IMG/VR virus record: IMGVR_UViG_3300030294_000092
Source: a virus
Strand: one strand, 5' to 3'
Length of the DNA: 38,811 nt
Positions 26,251 through 33,813 of the stretch are shown one piece after another. A program made the translations under genes and the position numbers. The notes below the pieces were generated by a model. That model did no database searches. It was not told the DNA's origin and saw only the letters and a program-made list of their open reading frames with translations. Positions within the stretch are counted from its first letter, which is position 1. Each line of letters starts with the position of its first letter.

Positions 26251-26460
26251 TTAGAGGTCAAGACCGAGTTCTTTGAGAAGATCATCCCCGGAAGGTGCTG
26301 CTGCTTTCGCCTTTGGGGCAGCTTTGGCAGGTGCCATGTTGAGACGTTCTTGCCGGAGGAAGGCGATACCTTCTTTCACATCGTCAAGGGTCATGGTTCC
26401 CTCGCGGGCCTTTTGTCGGAGTTCTGCGATACGTTGCTGGGTAGGGAGGGAGACGGTCAT
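26251..26460 (-). CDS. Hypothetical protein (69 aa) ending in the DDLLKELGL motif
   Basis: TGATG-type coupling with the upstream gene. The C-terminal Lys/Ala/Pro linker plus DDLLKELGLDL matches the C-termini of the 30120 and 34519 proteins. Confidence 0.55.
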   Translation of the reverse strand: MTVSLPTQQRIAELRQKAREGTMTLDDVKEGIAFLRQERLNMAPAKAAPKAKAAAPSGDDLLKELGLDL

Positions 26461-26810
26461 CAGAGCTGCTCCAGTTCCACAACCAACGCCGCAAGGGCAG
26501 GATCATTTCGAAGGTGAGCATACTTGGAAAGTGAAGCCTGGGCTGCTGCCGCCCGATCGAGCTGAGCAACAATTTCGGCTTTACGAGCAAGCTTGGTAAG
26601 ATGGTCCCGATAGCCTTGTAAGCTGACTGCCCCAACGGCTATCTTGTTGCCGGGATATTCGGCAGCTTCAACCTCGACAAGGCTGGTAAGAGTATAACCA
26701 GTGGATGGAGCATCCACGATGATAAGATCACCAGTCTGCCAATCCCCCTCGGGAATGGTGTAGGAATAGCGCTTGGAAGACCCTTGGAAAGTTACTTTTG
26801 CGGTAGGCAT
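26460..26810 (-). CDS. Hypothetical protein (116 aa)
   Basis: ATG 26810 is preceded by an AGGAG SD at a good spacing. The upstream part of track ORF 26460..26912 covers an intergenic hairpin. Confidence 0.55.
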   Translation of the reverse strand: MPTAKVTFQGSSKRYSYTIPEGDWQTGDLIIVDAPSTGYTLTSLVEVEAAEYPGNKIAVGAVSLQGYRDHLTKLARKAEIVAQLDRAAAAQASLSKYAHLRNDPALAALVVELEQL

Positions 26811-26828
26811 TGGCTTGGCTCCTATGTC

Positions 26829-26866
26829 GAAAACTACGGGGATTTGAGAGTTAGAATGCCCGTAGT
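26829..26866 (-). terminator. Hairpin plus short U-tract (attenuator or terminator candidate) built from a CTACGGG/CCCGTAG pair
   Basis: On the - strand: ACTACGGG, an 18-nt loop, CCCGTAGT, then TTTTCG. It lies between the stop at 26891 and the start at 26810. Confidence 0.4.
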
Positions 26867-26890
26867 GTTGGGATGGGTCAAATGGAATAT

Positions 26891-27130
26891 TTAGCTGAGA
26901 GCTAACGCCCATTGCCGAAGGTAGGTTGAGTAGAGTCCCTTGAGGCGATAGGGGTTTTCACCACCCTCCAGCCAAAGGTTGGTGTAACCTTCTTCCTTAT
27001 CAGGGCATAGGACAACTATCCGATCTGCTCTGATAGTAATGGGCCGATCATCCCCAAGCGTCATATTCACAATCCTCGGTCGGAAGGTGTTCTTCCCAGC
27101 AACGGTTCGAGAGAGGTCTTCACCCAACAT
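26891..27130 (-). CDS. Hypothetical protein (79 aa)
   Basis: ATG 27130 is preceded by GGGAGGAAC (a strong SD) and overlaps the helicase stop by 11 nt. Confidence 0.55.
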   Translation of the reverse strand: MLGEDLSRTVAGKNTFRPRIVNMTLGDDRPITIRADRIVVLCPDKEEGYTNLWLEGGENPYRLKGLYSTYLRQWALALS

Positions 27131-28553
27131 AGAGTTCCTCCCGCTGGCGGGTGCAGGCGACATAGAGAGCGCGGAAAGCCTCCGATCGGTTCCTATTCAG
27201 CATCAGGTCTTCTAAATCAACGAATGTTTTGAGATAACTTGACCCTTGGCTCCGGTGGGAAGTGATAGCATAGGAATGCCGGACTTCATGGAAGGCTTCC
27301 TTGAGGGACCAGAATTCCTTCCATTTATACCGCTTGCCTCCTCGGGCTTCAGCAGAGAGTTCGGTGAGTTTGTTGTTGAGGGCAAAGGCTCCAGCTGGGG
27401 TCAGCGTTCGGATAGTCTTCTTCATTCCAGTTTCGAGTTCGACGAGGAGGTTCCAAACTTCATACTCTCGATAGGACGGATGCTGACCGAGTTGGACTTT
27501 GAGGATTTGGGCTTCTTCGTCCGTTCGCATGAAGGTCACATCCTCGAGGTCTTTGAGGTGGGTAGTGGCAACGATCTTGTCCTCGGGTAGCCACTGGTTT
27601 TGGCGGGCTTCGACGAGGCCAAAGATGTGCCCACGGATGAAGGCGTTGTACTTGTCAACAGTGACGTTTCGCCATGCGATCACCTTGGCGTCTCCAGTTT
27701 TGAAGAGTTCGAGGTTCTCGACGATCTTGTCGAGCCATTCGGGCTTGCTGACGCGGTAGACAGGAGCATTGGTTTCGATCTTGATCGAAGGGAAGGGGTT
27801 ATCGACCACGTTGCGAATCTTGGTCGCGAGTTCGAGCATTGAAGAACCGTAGCGCTTGACCTCGGTGAGAAGGGACTGGTTTGGAAGCTTCCAAACGGGG
27901 GTTGAGGTTTCCCCAATGGGGGGAAGCTGGGCAGGATCGCCCGTGAAGAGGAATGGAACACCCCAGTTGGCGAATGCTTGCCGGATAGCTTCGAAGAGGA
28001 AGCGGTTGATCATCGAGGCTTCGTCAACGACGATGAGTTTAAAGTGGGAGAAATCGACTGGTTCCTCGGGGACAGTTAGTTCCTTGACTTCGCCATTGGG
28101 CTGGAGGGAGAGACCGAGAAGGGAGTAGATCGTTGCGGTTTTGCACTCGGTTAGACCGGCGGTGTCGAGATAGCCTCGGAGGACTTTGACTGCTTTGTTG
28201 GTCGGAGCAGTGAAGCAGATCTGGGAGGGTTTGATGTTACGAGCTGCTTCGGGTGGAGTGTCTTGGTCGAGGGGGTAGAGGCCGGTTCTGGCAAGATAAG
28301 CCATGAGGTAGGTTTTGCCAGTGCCCGCATAGCCCATGAGGGTGTAGAAGACGGGGCCGGACTGGAACCAATCAATGATGGAGGCGACCGCAGCAGCTTG
28401 TTCCATGGTGGGGGTGAAGGTGGGGGTTTCATCTTCGGCTTCGAGGATGTGTGCAATGGCATTGTCTTCTGCACACTCGGGGCAGTCCATCCCGTTAAAG
28501 GGCAAGAGCTTGTCACAGACAAAACAGCGACGTTCGGCAGGGTCAAAGAGCAT
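27120..28553 (-). CDS. SF1B DNA helicase (RecD/Dda/Pif1-like) with an N-terminal zinc ribbon
   Basis: CFVCDK...CPEC forms the ribbon. Walker A LMGYAGTGKTYL; Walker B LIVVDEASMI. The C-terminus AITSHRSQGSSY...LYVACTRQREELYV corresponds to motifs V/VI. Confidence 0.85.
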   Translation of the reverse strand: MLFDPAERRCFVCDKLLPFNGMDCPECAEDNAIAHILEAEDETPTFTPTMEQAAAVASIIDWFQSGPVFYTLMGYAGTGKTYLMAYLARTGLYPLDQDTPPEAARNIKPSQICFTAPTNKAVKVLRGYLDTAGLTECKTATIYSLLGLSLQPNGEVKELTVPEEPVDFSHFKLIVVDEASMINRFLFEAIRQAFANWGVPFLFTGDPAQLPPIGETSTPVWKLPNQSLLTEVKRYGSSMLELATKIRNVVDNPFPSIKIETNAPVYRVSKPEWLDKIVENLELFKTGDAKVIAWRNVTVDKYNAFIRGHIFGLVEARQNQWLPEDKIVATTHLKDLEDVTFMRTDEEAQILKVQLGQHPSYREYEVWNLLVELETGMKKTIRTLTPAGAFALNNKLTELSAEARGGKRYKWKEFWSLKEAFHEVRHSYAITSHRSQGSSYLKTFVDLEDLMLNRNRSEAFRALYVACTRQREELYVG

Positions 28554-28577
28554 TGTACTTCCTTTCGGATTGGTGGG

Positions 28578-28769
28578 TTATCCCCAAGAAACTTCGCGGG
28601 TAACGGTTGCTGTGGAGGTAAGCCCCCAGATACGGACTTCTTCAGCATCGTTGAGAATGAGACTTGCCCCGAAGTCATAAGCGGCTTGTGTGGAGTCAAA
28701 CTCCTTCATGGACTTGACTCTGATGCCGATGGTGTCGGCTGGAGGTAACCAAGTTACAAGGTGGCACAT
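28578..28769 (-). CDS. Hypothetical protein (63 aa)
   Basis: ATG with AAGGA SD, overlapping the upstream gene by 16 nt. No motif recognised. Confidence 0.45.
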   Translation of the reverse strand: MCHLVTWLPPADTIGIRVKSMKEFDSTQAAYDFGASLILNDAEEVRIWGLTSTATVTREVSWG

Positions 28770-29029
28770 GGCTTGGTGATCCTTCTTCCAAGTTTCCGAA
28801 CCAGATGCCGAGGCTCTGGGGTGAATGATTTGTTATTTGCCGCTGCCATGCCCTCGGCTTGGGTTTTGGTTGAGTATCTGCCAATCACCCGCATGGAGGT
28901 TGTCGCCTTGCCCAAGCGAGTGGTTTTATCCACGCGGATTACTGCGAAGGAGGTTGCGCAGTTTTGAGGGCAGGGGATGAAGGCCAGACCGTCGGAGCGT
29001 TGGGGCTGGGCGATGAAGGTGGTGGGCAC
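28754..29029 (-). CDS. Hypothetical protein (91 aa, GTG start)
   Basis: GTG 29029 is preceded by a GGGAGGG SD located in the 3' end of the upstream RHH gene. Confidence 0.45.
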   Translation of the reverse strand: MPTTFIAQPQRSDGLAFIPCPQNCATSFAVIRVDKTTRLGKATTSMRVIGRYSTKTQAEGMAAANNKSFTPEPRHLVRKLGRRITKPCATL

Positions 29030-29032
29030 GCT

Positions 29033-29212
29033 CTAACCCTCCCGTGCTTCCACCCAATCTCGAAGGAGCTGGGTGATCAGTGTTGAATAGGCCCCATAGG
29101 GAACCCGCTGTTCCAGCTCCGAATGCAGTAGGGTTTCCAACCGAGCGTGGAGGGAGGAAGGGATGTTGAATTCCAGCCTACGCGGCCGGTCGATTTTACG
29201 AGGGTTGACCAT
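29033..29212 (-). CDS. Arc/Mnt/CopG-type ribbon-helix-helix DNA-binding protein (59 aa)
   Basis: RRLEFNIPSSLHARLETLL...GAYSTLITQLLRDWVEA follows the beta-alpha-alpha layout of P22 Arc (PQFNLRWPREVLDLVRK...SEIYQRVMESF). ATG 29212 has an AGGAAG SD. Confidence 0.6.
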   Translation of the reverse strand: MVNPRKIDRPRRLEFNIPSSLHARLETLLHSELEQRVPYGAYSTLITQLLRDWVEAREG

Positions 29213-29711
29213 TAATATCTTCCTGAATATAAGCCCCAGATGGGGTGATGGGCTGTTCGGTTTTTGGCATGGCTTTTGCATCACCGAGCCAGAAGTCATG
29301 GTCTTCACAGCAGCTGGAGCAGATGTGTGTCTGATGCGGCTGGATCAGGGTTTCCTTTGGCAGCCCAAGGTTTGGACGCTGAACCCTCGACCAGCGGAGA
29401 GTTTCGGGCTTGGAAACGAGGCACTGGGTTTCCATATACTGGAGGAAGATATGATGGACTGATCCACACCCATCGCAAGTTTGTTCAGTGAACATCGCGA
29501 CAGTGGCGATGGAGGCCCACCGTTCGGCTTCAACCTCCTGCATGATGGAGCGATAGGCTTCACTAGCTTCTTGCCTGACTGCCGTGGGCAAACGCATGTT
29601 GCCCTTTTTCTTCTTCAAAGTATCGAGGTCGGCAGCCCGCTTGGACTTTTTGTCCTGGGCAGCAAGGGCGACGGAAAGCTCGGCTTCGAGTTCGAGGAGG
29701 AAGTCAGACAT
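29196..29711 (-). CDS. Hypothetical protein (171 aa) with an N-terminal coiled coil and CxxC...CxxCC motifs
   Basis: ATG 29711 has a GGGAGG SD 5 nt after the upstream stop. CDGCGS and CSSCCEDH suggest zinc binding. Confidence 0.55.
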   Translation of the reverse strand: MSDFLLELEAELSVALAAQDKKSKRAADLDTLKKKKGNMRLPTAVRQEASEAYRSIMQEVEAERWASIATVAMFTEQTCDGCGSVHHIFLQYMETQCLVSKPETLRWSRVQRPNLGLPKETLIQPHQTHICSSCCEDHDFWLGDAKAMPKTEQPITPSGAYIQEDINGQPS

Positions 29712-29715
29712 TAGC

Positions 29716-29958
29716 TCAAGCCTCCCTTCCGAACCAGAGGTTTTTAACATAAGGCTCGGTGAAGCGGTGATAGCCCCGATCGAAGTTTTTATGGTGGAAA
29801 GTGTCGAGAAGAGCTACAGCGGCTCGCGAATCATCCGGCATCCCCTTGGGCCAATGCTTCCAAGCTCCGAGTTGGAACTCTCGGCTTTTGCTGTCATAGT
29901 TGCTGGGAACGAGGCCCTTGCGGCGCTTGGCCTGATAGCCCGAGATTTCCTTGCTCAT
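29716..29958 (-). CDS. Hypothetical protein (80 aa)
   Basis: ATG 29958 has a GGAG SD that is partly sequestered in a CCGTAGG/CCTACGG hairpin (29969-29987). It is the first gene after the 30052-30093 terminator. Confidence 0.5.
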   Translation of the reverse strand: MSKEISGYQAKRRKGLVPSNYDSKSREFQLGAWKHWPKGMPDDSRAAVALLDTFHHKNFDRGYHRFTEPYVKNLWFGREA

Positions 29959-30051
29959 GGTACTTACTCCGTAGGGCAATCCTACGGGATTTTGATAGCA
30001 CAAAACTACGGGTTGTTCTAGAAAAATTTATAACTGATCGAAAATTAATGG

Positions 30052-30093
30052 AACAAAAGAAAAAGCCCCTAGAGGGCGGTTCCTCTAGGGGCT
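30052..30093 (-). terminator. Rho-independent terminator (- strand)
   Basis: On the - strand: agcccctagagg, loop aaccgc, cctctaggggct (12-bp perfect stem), followed by ttttcttttg. Confidence 0.85.
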
Positions 30094-30119
30094 TAATCAG
30101 CCAATGGGTTGGAGTTGGG

Positions 30120-30713
30120 TTACTCGCCCTTGGGCTTCTTGGCAGGAGCTTTCGGTGCCGAGCCGAGGCCCAGTTCGCCGAGCAGGCCATCCGTGTCGAC
30201 AGTCGATTTCGACTTGGTTGCCTTGTTGGCTTCAAGACGTTCGATGATCGGACGGATCTTGTCGGTCTTGCGGAGAGCGAGCTTTTCAGCAGATGTCTTA
30301 ACTGCGAGGTAGGCCTTGATCTCCTCGACCGAGCGGCCCGAGGCTTCGACGAGAGCCTTGAGCAGGACAGAAGTCCCAGCGAAAGCACCAGCTTCGCGAC
30401 GAATCGTCCATTCGCCGGCAGTCAGACGGGTGATCAGATCATCAATAGCGAGGACGGCGTCGGCAATGTCGGTTTCGCCTGCGATGGCATCACCGAGCTT
30501 CTGCTCAGCACCGTGGGCGGCGAAGCGGGTCAGGAGCACCGTGGGGACGATAAAGGTGCGCGTTTCGCCGTTGACGAAGTCGAGAGTCAGGGAAATTTCG
30601 CCCGCGTCGGAGATCGAAGAGGTCTTGATCAGCTTCTGCTTCGAGCCAAATTCAGCCACGCGGCCATCGGTGAGAGTGACAGGGGTCTTGGTGGGCTTGG
30701 TAACTTCAGCCAT
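30120..30713 (-). CDS. Abundant-looking early protein (197 aa) of unknown family; paralog of 34519..35058
   Basis: It has its own promoter-like box (30773-30787), a GAAAGGAA SD and a strong terminator. Shared blocks with the 34519 protein: AHG..QK..DA.A, L..GEW..R, LALR, I..IIE, D.LL..LGL. Confidence 0.7.
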   Translation of the reverse strand: MAEVTKPTKTPVTLTDGRVAEFGSKQKLIKTSSISDAGEISLTLDFVNGETRTFIVPTVLLTRFAAHGAEQKLGDAIAGETDIADAVLAIDDLITRLTAGEWTIRREAGAFAGTSVLLKALVEASGRSVEEIKAYLAVKTSAEKLALRKTDKIRPIIERLEANKATKSKSTVDTDGLLGELGLGSAPKAPAKKPKGE

Positions 30714-30772
30714 TTGGAGTTCCTTTCAGTGGACAGGGTTGTTGGTTGCCGTTGTTAGTTATGACGGGAGGA

Positions 30773-30787
30773 GGCCCCCCCGGTCAA
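30773..30787 (-). promoter_or_regulatory. TTGACC-G7-CC box (candidate -35 plus G-tract promoter element) upstream of 30713
   Basis: On the - strand: TTGACCGGGGGGGCC, followed 17-18 nt later by TCATAA/CATAAC. The same box type occurs at 33814, 34125 and 36147 on the + strand. Confidence 0.4.
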
Positions 30788-30828
30788 TAGCTAAACATCG
30801 CTGCGGAGGTTTGGGGAGAAAATAAAAC

Positions 30829-31164
30829 CTATTGACGGGCAGATCGGACTATGCCTTCTAGGTGGGGGTTGAGGAGGGTGATCTGGGACATGTGGGATTC
30901 CGCTGCAGTGACGAAGAGCCCCAAGCCATCGGAGGAAGTTCGGACGTTGAAGAGGGAAAGAATCTGGGCTAAGTCGGGACAGGCTTCGGGGCGTTGCCGG
31001 ATGCACCAGCGGTAGTAGCGGAAGCGCTCAGCTTCCCAAGTGAGGTCGGAAGGGTTGGCGGATGACCAGAGGAGGATCGGGATAGTGGGCCGGAGGGAGG
31101 CTTCGTGGAGGGCCGAAGGGAAGCGGGCAGGGAAGGAGGTTGGGGGTTTGTAGTGGTAGGTCAT
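30829..31164 (-). CDS. Hypothetical protein (111 aa)
   Basis: ATGA overlap with the upstream gene. No motif recognised. Confidence 0.5.
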   Translation of the reverse strand: MTYHYKPPTSFPARFPSALHEASLRPTIPILLWSSANPSDLTWEAERFRYYRWCIRQRPEACPDLAQILSLFNVRTSSDGLGLFVTAAESHMSQITLLNPHLEGIVRSARQ

Positions 31165-31433
31165 AGGTCAGGCTCCAATCTTACCCCATAGTAATAAATG
31201 GCTTCATAAGGGGCTCCAGGAACCCAGGGAGGCCGATAAGGTATGGATAGGTGCGAAATAAGCTCACAGAACATATCGTAAGGTAATACCATAGGCCTCC
31301 CCCAGTTTGATCGTCCATGAGCCTTGACCAAATCCGTCAACCATTCTATACTTCTTGCTTCGGAAGCTTGAATCTCTTCTGCAAAGTATTCAAGATTAGT
31401 CAGCCCCCGTGGGGTCTTAGCCCCATCAGGCAT
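31161..31433 (-). CDS. Hypothetical protein (90 aa)
   Basis: ATG 31433 forms the 8-nt overlap ATGCCTGA with the upstream gene. The longer track ORF (start 31589) would overlap it by 160 nt. Confidence 0.5.
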   Translation of the reverse strand: MPDGAKTPRGLTNLEYFAEEIQASEARSIEWLTDLVKAHGRSNWGRPMVLPYDMFCELISHLSIPYRPPWVPGAPYEAIYYYGVRLEPDL

Positions 31434-32070
31434 TACTGGTCTCTTGCTTGGCAAGGGAGGCGAAGTATTTAGACTTCCACTCGGCCACATAGACCCCGCC
31501 CACATCAACACCCGTTTCACTGCCGCAGGTGTGCTGATTTGCTTGACTTCCGCAGTCACAGAAACCTGCTGACACCTCGCAATTGCCAAGAATGATGTGG
31601 GCCTTATTGATCAGCCCCACCGCCTCCTCCAACCGCGCCTGCGTGGTGGTGAGTTGCAGCCCCAGCGCCAGATTGTCAGCGTTTGCCTTTGCCCAACCGG
31701 CATTTAACCGCTCCACCTCAGCCAGCGCAGCGTCACGTTCGGCGCGGGCTTCGTCACGCTGACTGCGCACTCCTGCATACATATTATCAAGCTGCGTAAT
31801 CATGCCAACCAGATAGGACAGCGGCTTCCACTCTGGAGCTTCATTGCGAAATTCGTTTTTCCAGATACTTTCGATCAGGCCTAAAACTTCGCGCCTTGCC
31901 TTCGCATTCTCGCGGGTGAGGGTTTTAAGGGCGGCACGCAGGTCGCGAAGTTCATTGTTGGTGATTTCAAGCGCGTCTCGGCAGCTATTGCAATATGAAT
32001 TGTAATGGTGCCCACACTTGCCCACCATCATGTGTGGGCCAGCAATCAGCCTCTCAATCAGCTTGTCCAT
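31426..32070 (-). CDS. Hypothetical coiled-coil protein (214 aa) with Cys clusters at both ends
   Basis: ATG 32070 has an AAGGAG SD. Cys clusters: CGHHYNSYCNSC near the N-terminus and CEVSAGFCDCGSQANQHTC near the C-terminus. The centre is helical and rich in R/E/A. Confidence 0.6.
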   Translation of the reverse strand: MDKLIERLIAGPHMMVGKCGHHYNSYCNSCRDALEITNNELRDLRAALKTLTRENAKARREVLGLIESIWKNEFRNEAPEWKPLSYLVGMITQLDNMYAGVRSQRDEARAERDAALAEVERLNAGWAKANADNLALGLQLTTTQARLEEAVGLINKAHIILGNCEVSAGFCDCGSQANQHTCGSETGVDVGGVYVAEWKSKYFASLAKQETSNA

Positions 32071-32296
32071 CGGTAGTCTCCTTGATCTGGGCGAGGGCTT
32101 GGCAAACTTGGTTGTATGCTGTGATCTGGTCATCATCTTGCCGCGCTAACAAGATCACCCACGCAGGCGTCGCTATAGGCCGCTTAATCTCACGCTCACA
32201 CCAGCCCATGATGCGGCTACCTGACAGCGGCGACCAGTGTTGGCAAAAATCGCATCGCTCTGTTTTCGTGCCATCCATCACATCAATCTGCGTCAT
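32054..32296 (-). CDS. Hypothetical protein (80 aa)
   Basis: AAGGAG SD and an ATGA overlap with the upstream gene. CDFCQHW...WCE may be a zinc motif. Confidence 0.5.
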   Translation of the reverse strand: MTQIDVMDGTKTERCDFCQHWSPLSGSRIMGWCEREIKRPIATPAWVILLARQDDDQITAYNQVCQALAQIKETTDGQAD

Positions 32297-32493
32297 GGTC
32301 TGGCTCCTTGGTTGGGTGGTAGATAGGCAATAATCTCCCCAAGCGGCGATCCCTTACCCCATTTCCAGCCAACAGCTTGGGGCAGCACCATGCCACGAAG
32401 ACCAGCACGGATAATCACATGGATGCCGATAAGCCCCTGCACCGGACACGGCCCGCCCTCATGCGGTATGAACCCCTCAGGCAGCGCGGTCAT
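32293..32493 (-). CDS. Hypothetical protein (66 aa)
   Basis: ATGA overlaps at both ends within a tightly coupled operon. Confidence 0.45.
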   Translation of the reverse strand: MTALPEGFIPHEGGPCPVQGLIGIHVIIRAGLRGMVLPQAVGWKWGKGSPLGEIIAYLPPNQGARP

Positions 32494-32972
32494 GGGCGTT
32501 GGGCCTTTCGTGCTTGCCGTGCAGCCTTGTTGTCTTTTCGGCGCTTCTGGACTGTTGGCGATTTGGGGGCCTTCTTAGCGCGGCGTGGCCCGTAGCCATA
32601 AACCACAGTTTCAATATAATCCGACCAGCCAAAAGATTGATGGCGTTCGAAGTCGAGAGACACCACAAGGCCCGTACTGGCCAATCCCAATAAGCCCCTC
32701 ACTTCCCCGATCTCCTTCATGTGTTCGGCAATGATGGCTTGGGGGTCGAAATAATGCAGGCGGTCACTAACTTTTTCGTAAGCAGACTGCATTGCCTCCG
32801 CCCCTTCGATCATGGCTTGGGCGCGGTGGCGGGCGGCTACCGTCGCAACGGCATCCATGTCCGCAATAACAAACCCTGTTTCGGTTCGATGGGGCCGAAT
32901 CAGTGCCTTACGCATTTCATGGGTGCAATCCCGATCCGCCTGTGTCACCTTCGCCTCGTGTTGTGTGGTCAT
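32490..32972 (-). CDS. Hypothetical protein (160 aa) with a basic C-terminal tail
   Basis: GAGAGGA SD. The C-terminus is very basic: RRAKKAPKSPTVQKRRKDNKAARQARKAQRP. Confidence 0.55.
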   Translation of the reverse strand: MTTQHEAKVTQADRDCTHEMRKALIRPHRTETGFVIADMDAVATVAARHRAQAMIEGAEAMQSAYEKVSDRLHYFDPQAIIAEHMKEIGEVRGLLGLASTGLVVSLDFERHQSFGWSDYIETVVYGYGPRRAKKAPKSPTVQKRRKDNKAARQARKAQRP

Positions 32973-32975
32973 AGA

Positions 32976-33410
32976 TCAATCCTCTCTCTTGAAAAAGGGA
33001 TTTGACTTCCGCACTTCCGGCTTCTCAGCCAACAGCTTCAAATCCTCGTTGATCTGCTTTTCCTCAGGGGTTTGGAGGTCAGCCTCCCCGATCCCGAGGG
33101 ACTGCAACTGAAGTTCGAGTTCAGAAAGTGACTTCCTCGGCAGGAAGGTAATCACGCAGGGGTCGGAGTTATCCTCGGGCTTGGCCAACGTTGGGACGAT
33201 ATACTCCGCTGCGGCTTCAAGCACCGAGTTGAAGGCTTCTCGATTGCGGTAAGGCCGAATCGCTCGGTAAAGCCCAACCCGCATGGAGGTCGCGACTGAG
33301 AAGTTCGAGGCATTAATAGTGATTGGTTTAAGCCCGAGGTCTTTCTCTTCATAAGCTTTCTTCCAAAGCGCGAGATAGATGCGGTTGAGCTGGGATAGGT
33401 CTTTGGCCAT
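32976..33410 (-). CDS. Hypothetical protein (144 aa)
   Basis: Second gene of the early operon. ATG 33410. No motif recognised. Confidence 0.55.
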   Translation of the reverse strand: MAKDLSQLNRIYLALWKKAYEEKDLGLKPITINASNFSVATSMRVGLYRAIRPYRNREAFNSVLEAAAEYIVPTLAKPEDNSDPCVITFLPRKSLSELELQLQSLGIGEADLQTPEEKQINEDLKLLAEKPEVRKSNPFFKRED

Positions 33411-33441
33411 GATGGGGCTTTCGAGCAGGGTGGTGGGAATT

Positions 33442-33476
33442 GGGCTGGTCAGGGTGAGAGGTTCCCTGACCAGCCC
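33442..33476 (-). other. 13-bp perfect hairpin between the first two early genes; part of a three-element set (GGTCAGGG / CCCTGACC / GGTCAGGG) able to form alternative structures
   Basis: gggctggtcaggg (33442-33454) pairs with ccctgaccagccc (33464-33476). A third element, ggtcaggg, lies at 33479-33486 next to the stop codon of the 33488 gene. No U-tract follows. Confidence 0.6.
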
Positions 33477-33487
33477 AAGGTCAGGGC

Positions 33488-33682
33488 TTAAACCCCTTCG
33501 ACGATCATAGCAACGATGCCTTGGGGTTCGATCTGACCAGCGACGAAGGCTTCCGCGTCAGTTTGAGTGAGATAAGTTCCAATGAGCTTGCTTTCGACGA
33601 GGACATTGAAGCCGACAGGCAGTTCAGCCGTTGCGGGTTCGGAAGTTTCGACAATATCGGTAGTGGTGGGCTTGAGAGCCAT
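33488..33682 (-). CDS. First early-arm gene: small, very acidic protein (64 aa)
   Basis: GAAAGG SD. Counted from the translation: 9 Asp/Glu and 2 Lys. It is the first ORF downstream of the divergent control region. Confidence 0.55.
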   Translation of the reverse strand: MALKPTTTDIVETSEPATAELPVGFNVLVESKLIGTYLTQTDAEAFVAGQIEPQGIVAMIVEGV

Positions 33683-33813
33683 TGGGAATTACCTTTCGAT
33701 TGAGAAGCTGCGGCATAGGGGCCACGGATTGACGTTGTATCATTACGGGGATTGAGGCAATAGGGGATTTATCGCTGGAGGTTTTGAGCTCGCGGGCAGG
33801 TATTAAAACCGAG

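Noticed and set aside
30048-30758. 236-aa + strand ORF covering the 30120-30713 locus
   Set aside because: It is antisense to a gene that has a strong SD, a promoter-like box, a terminator and a paralog elsewhere. It also runs straight through the - strand terminator hairpin. It is a shadow ORF.
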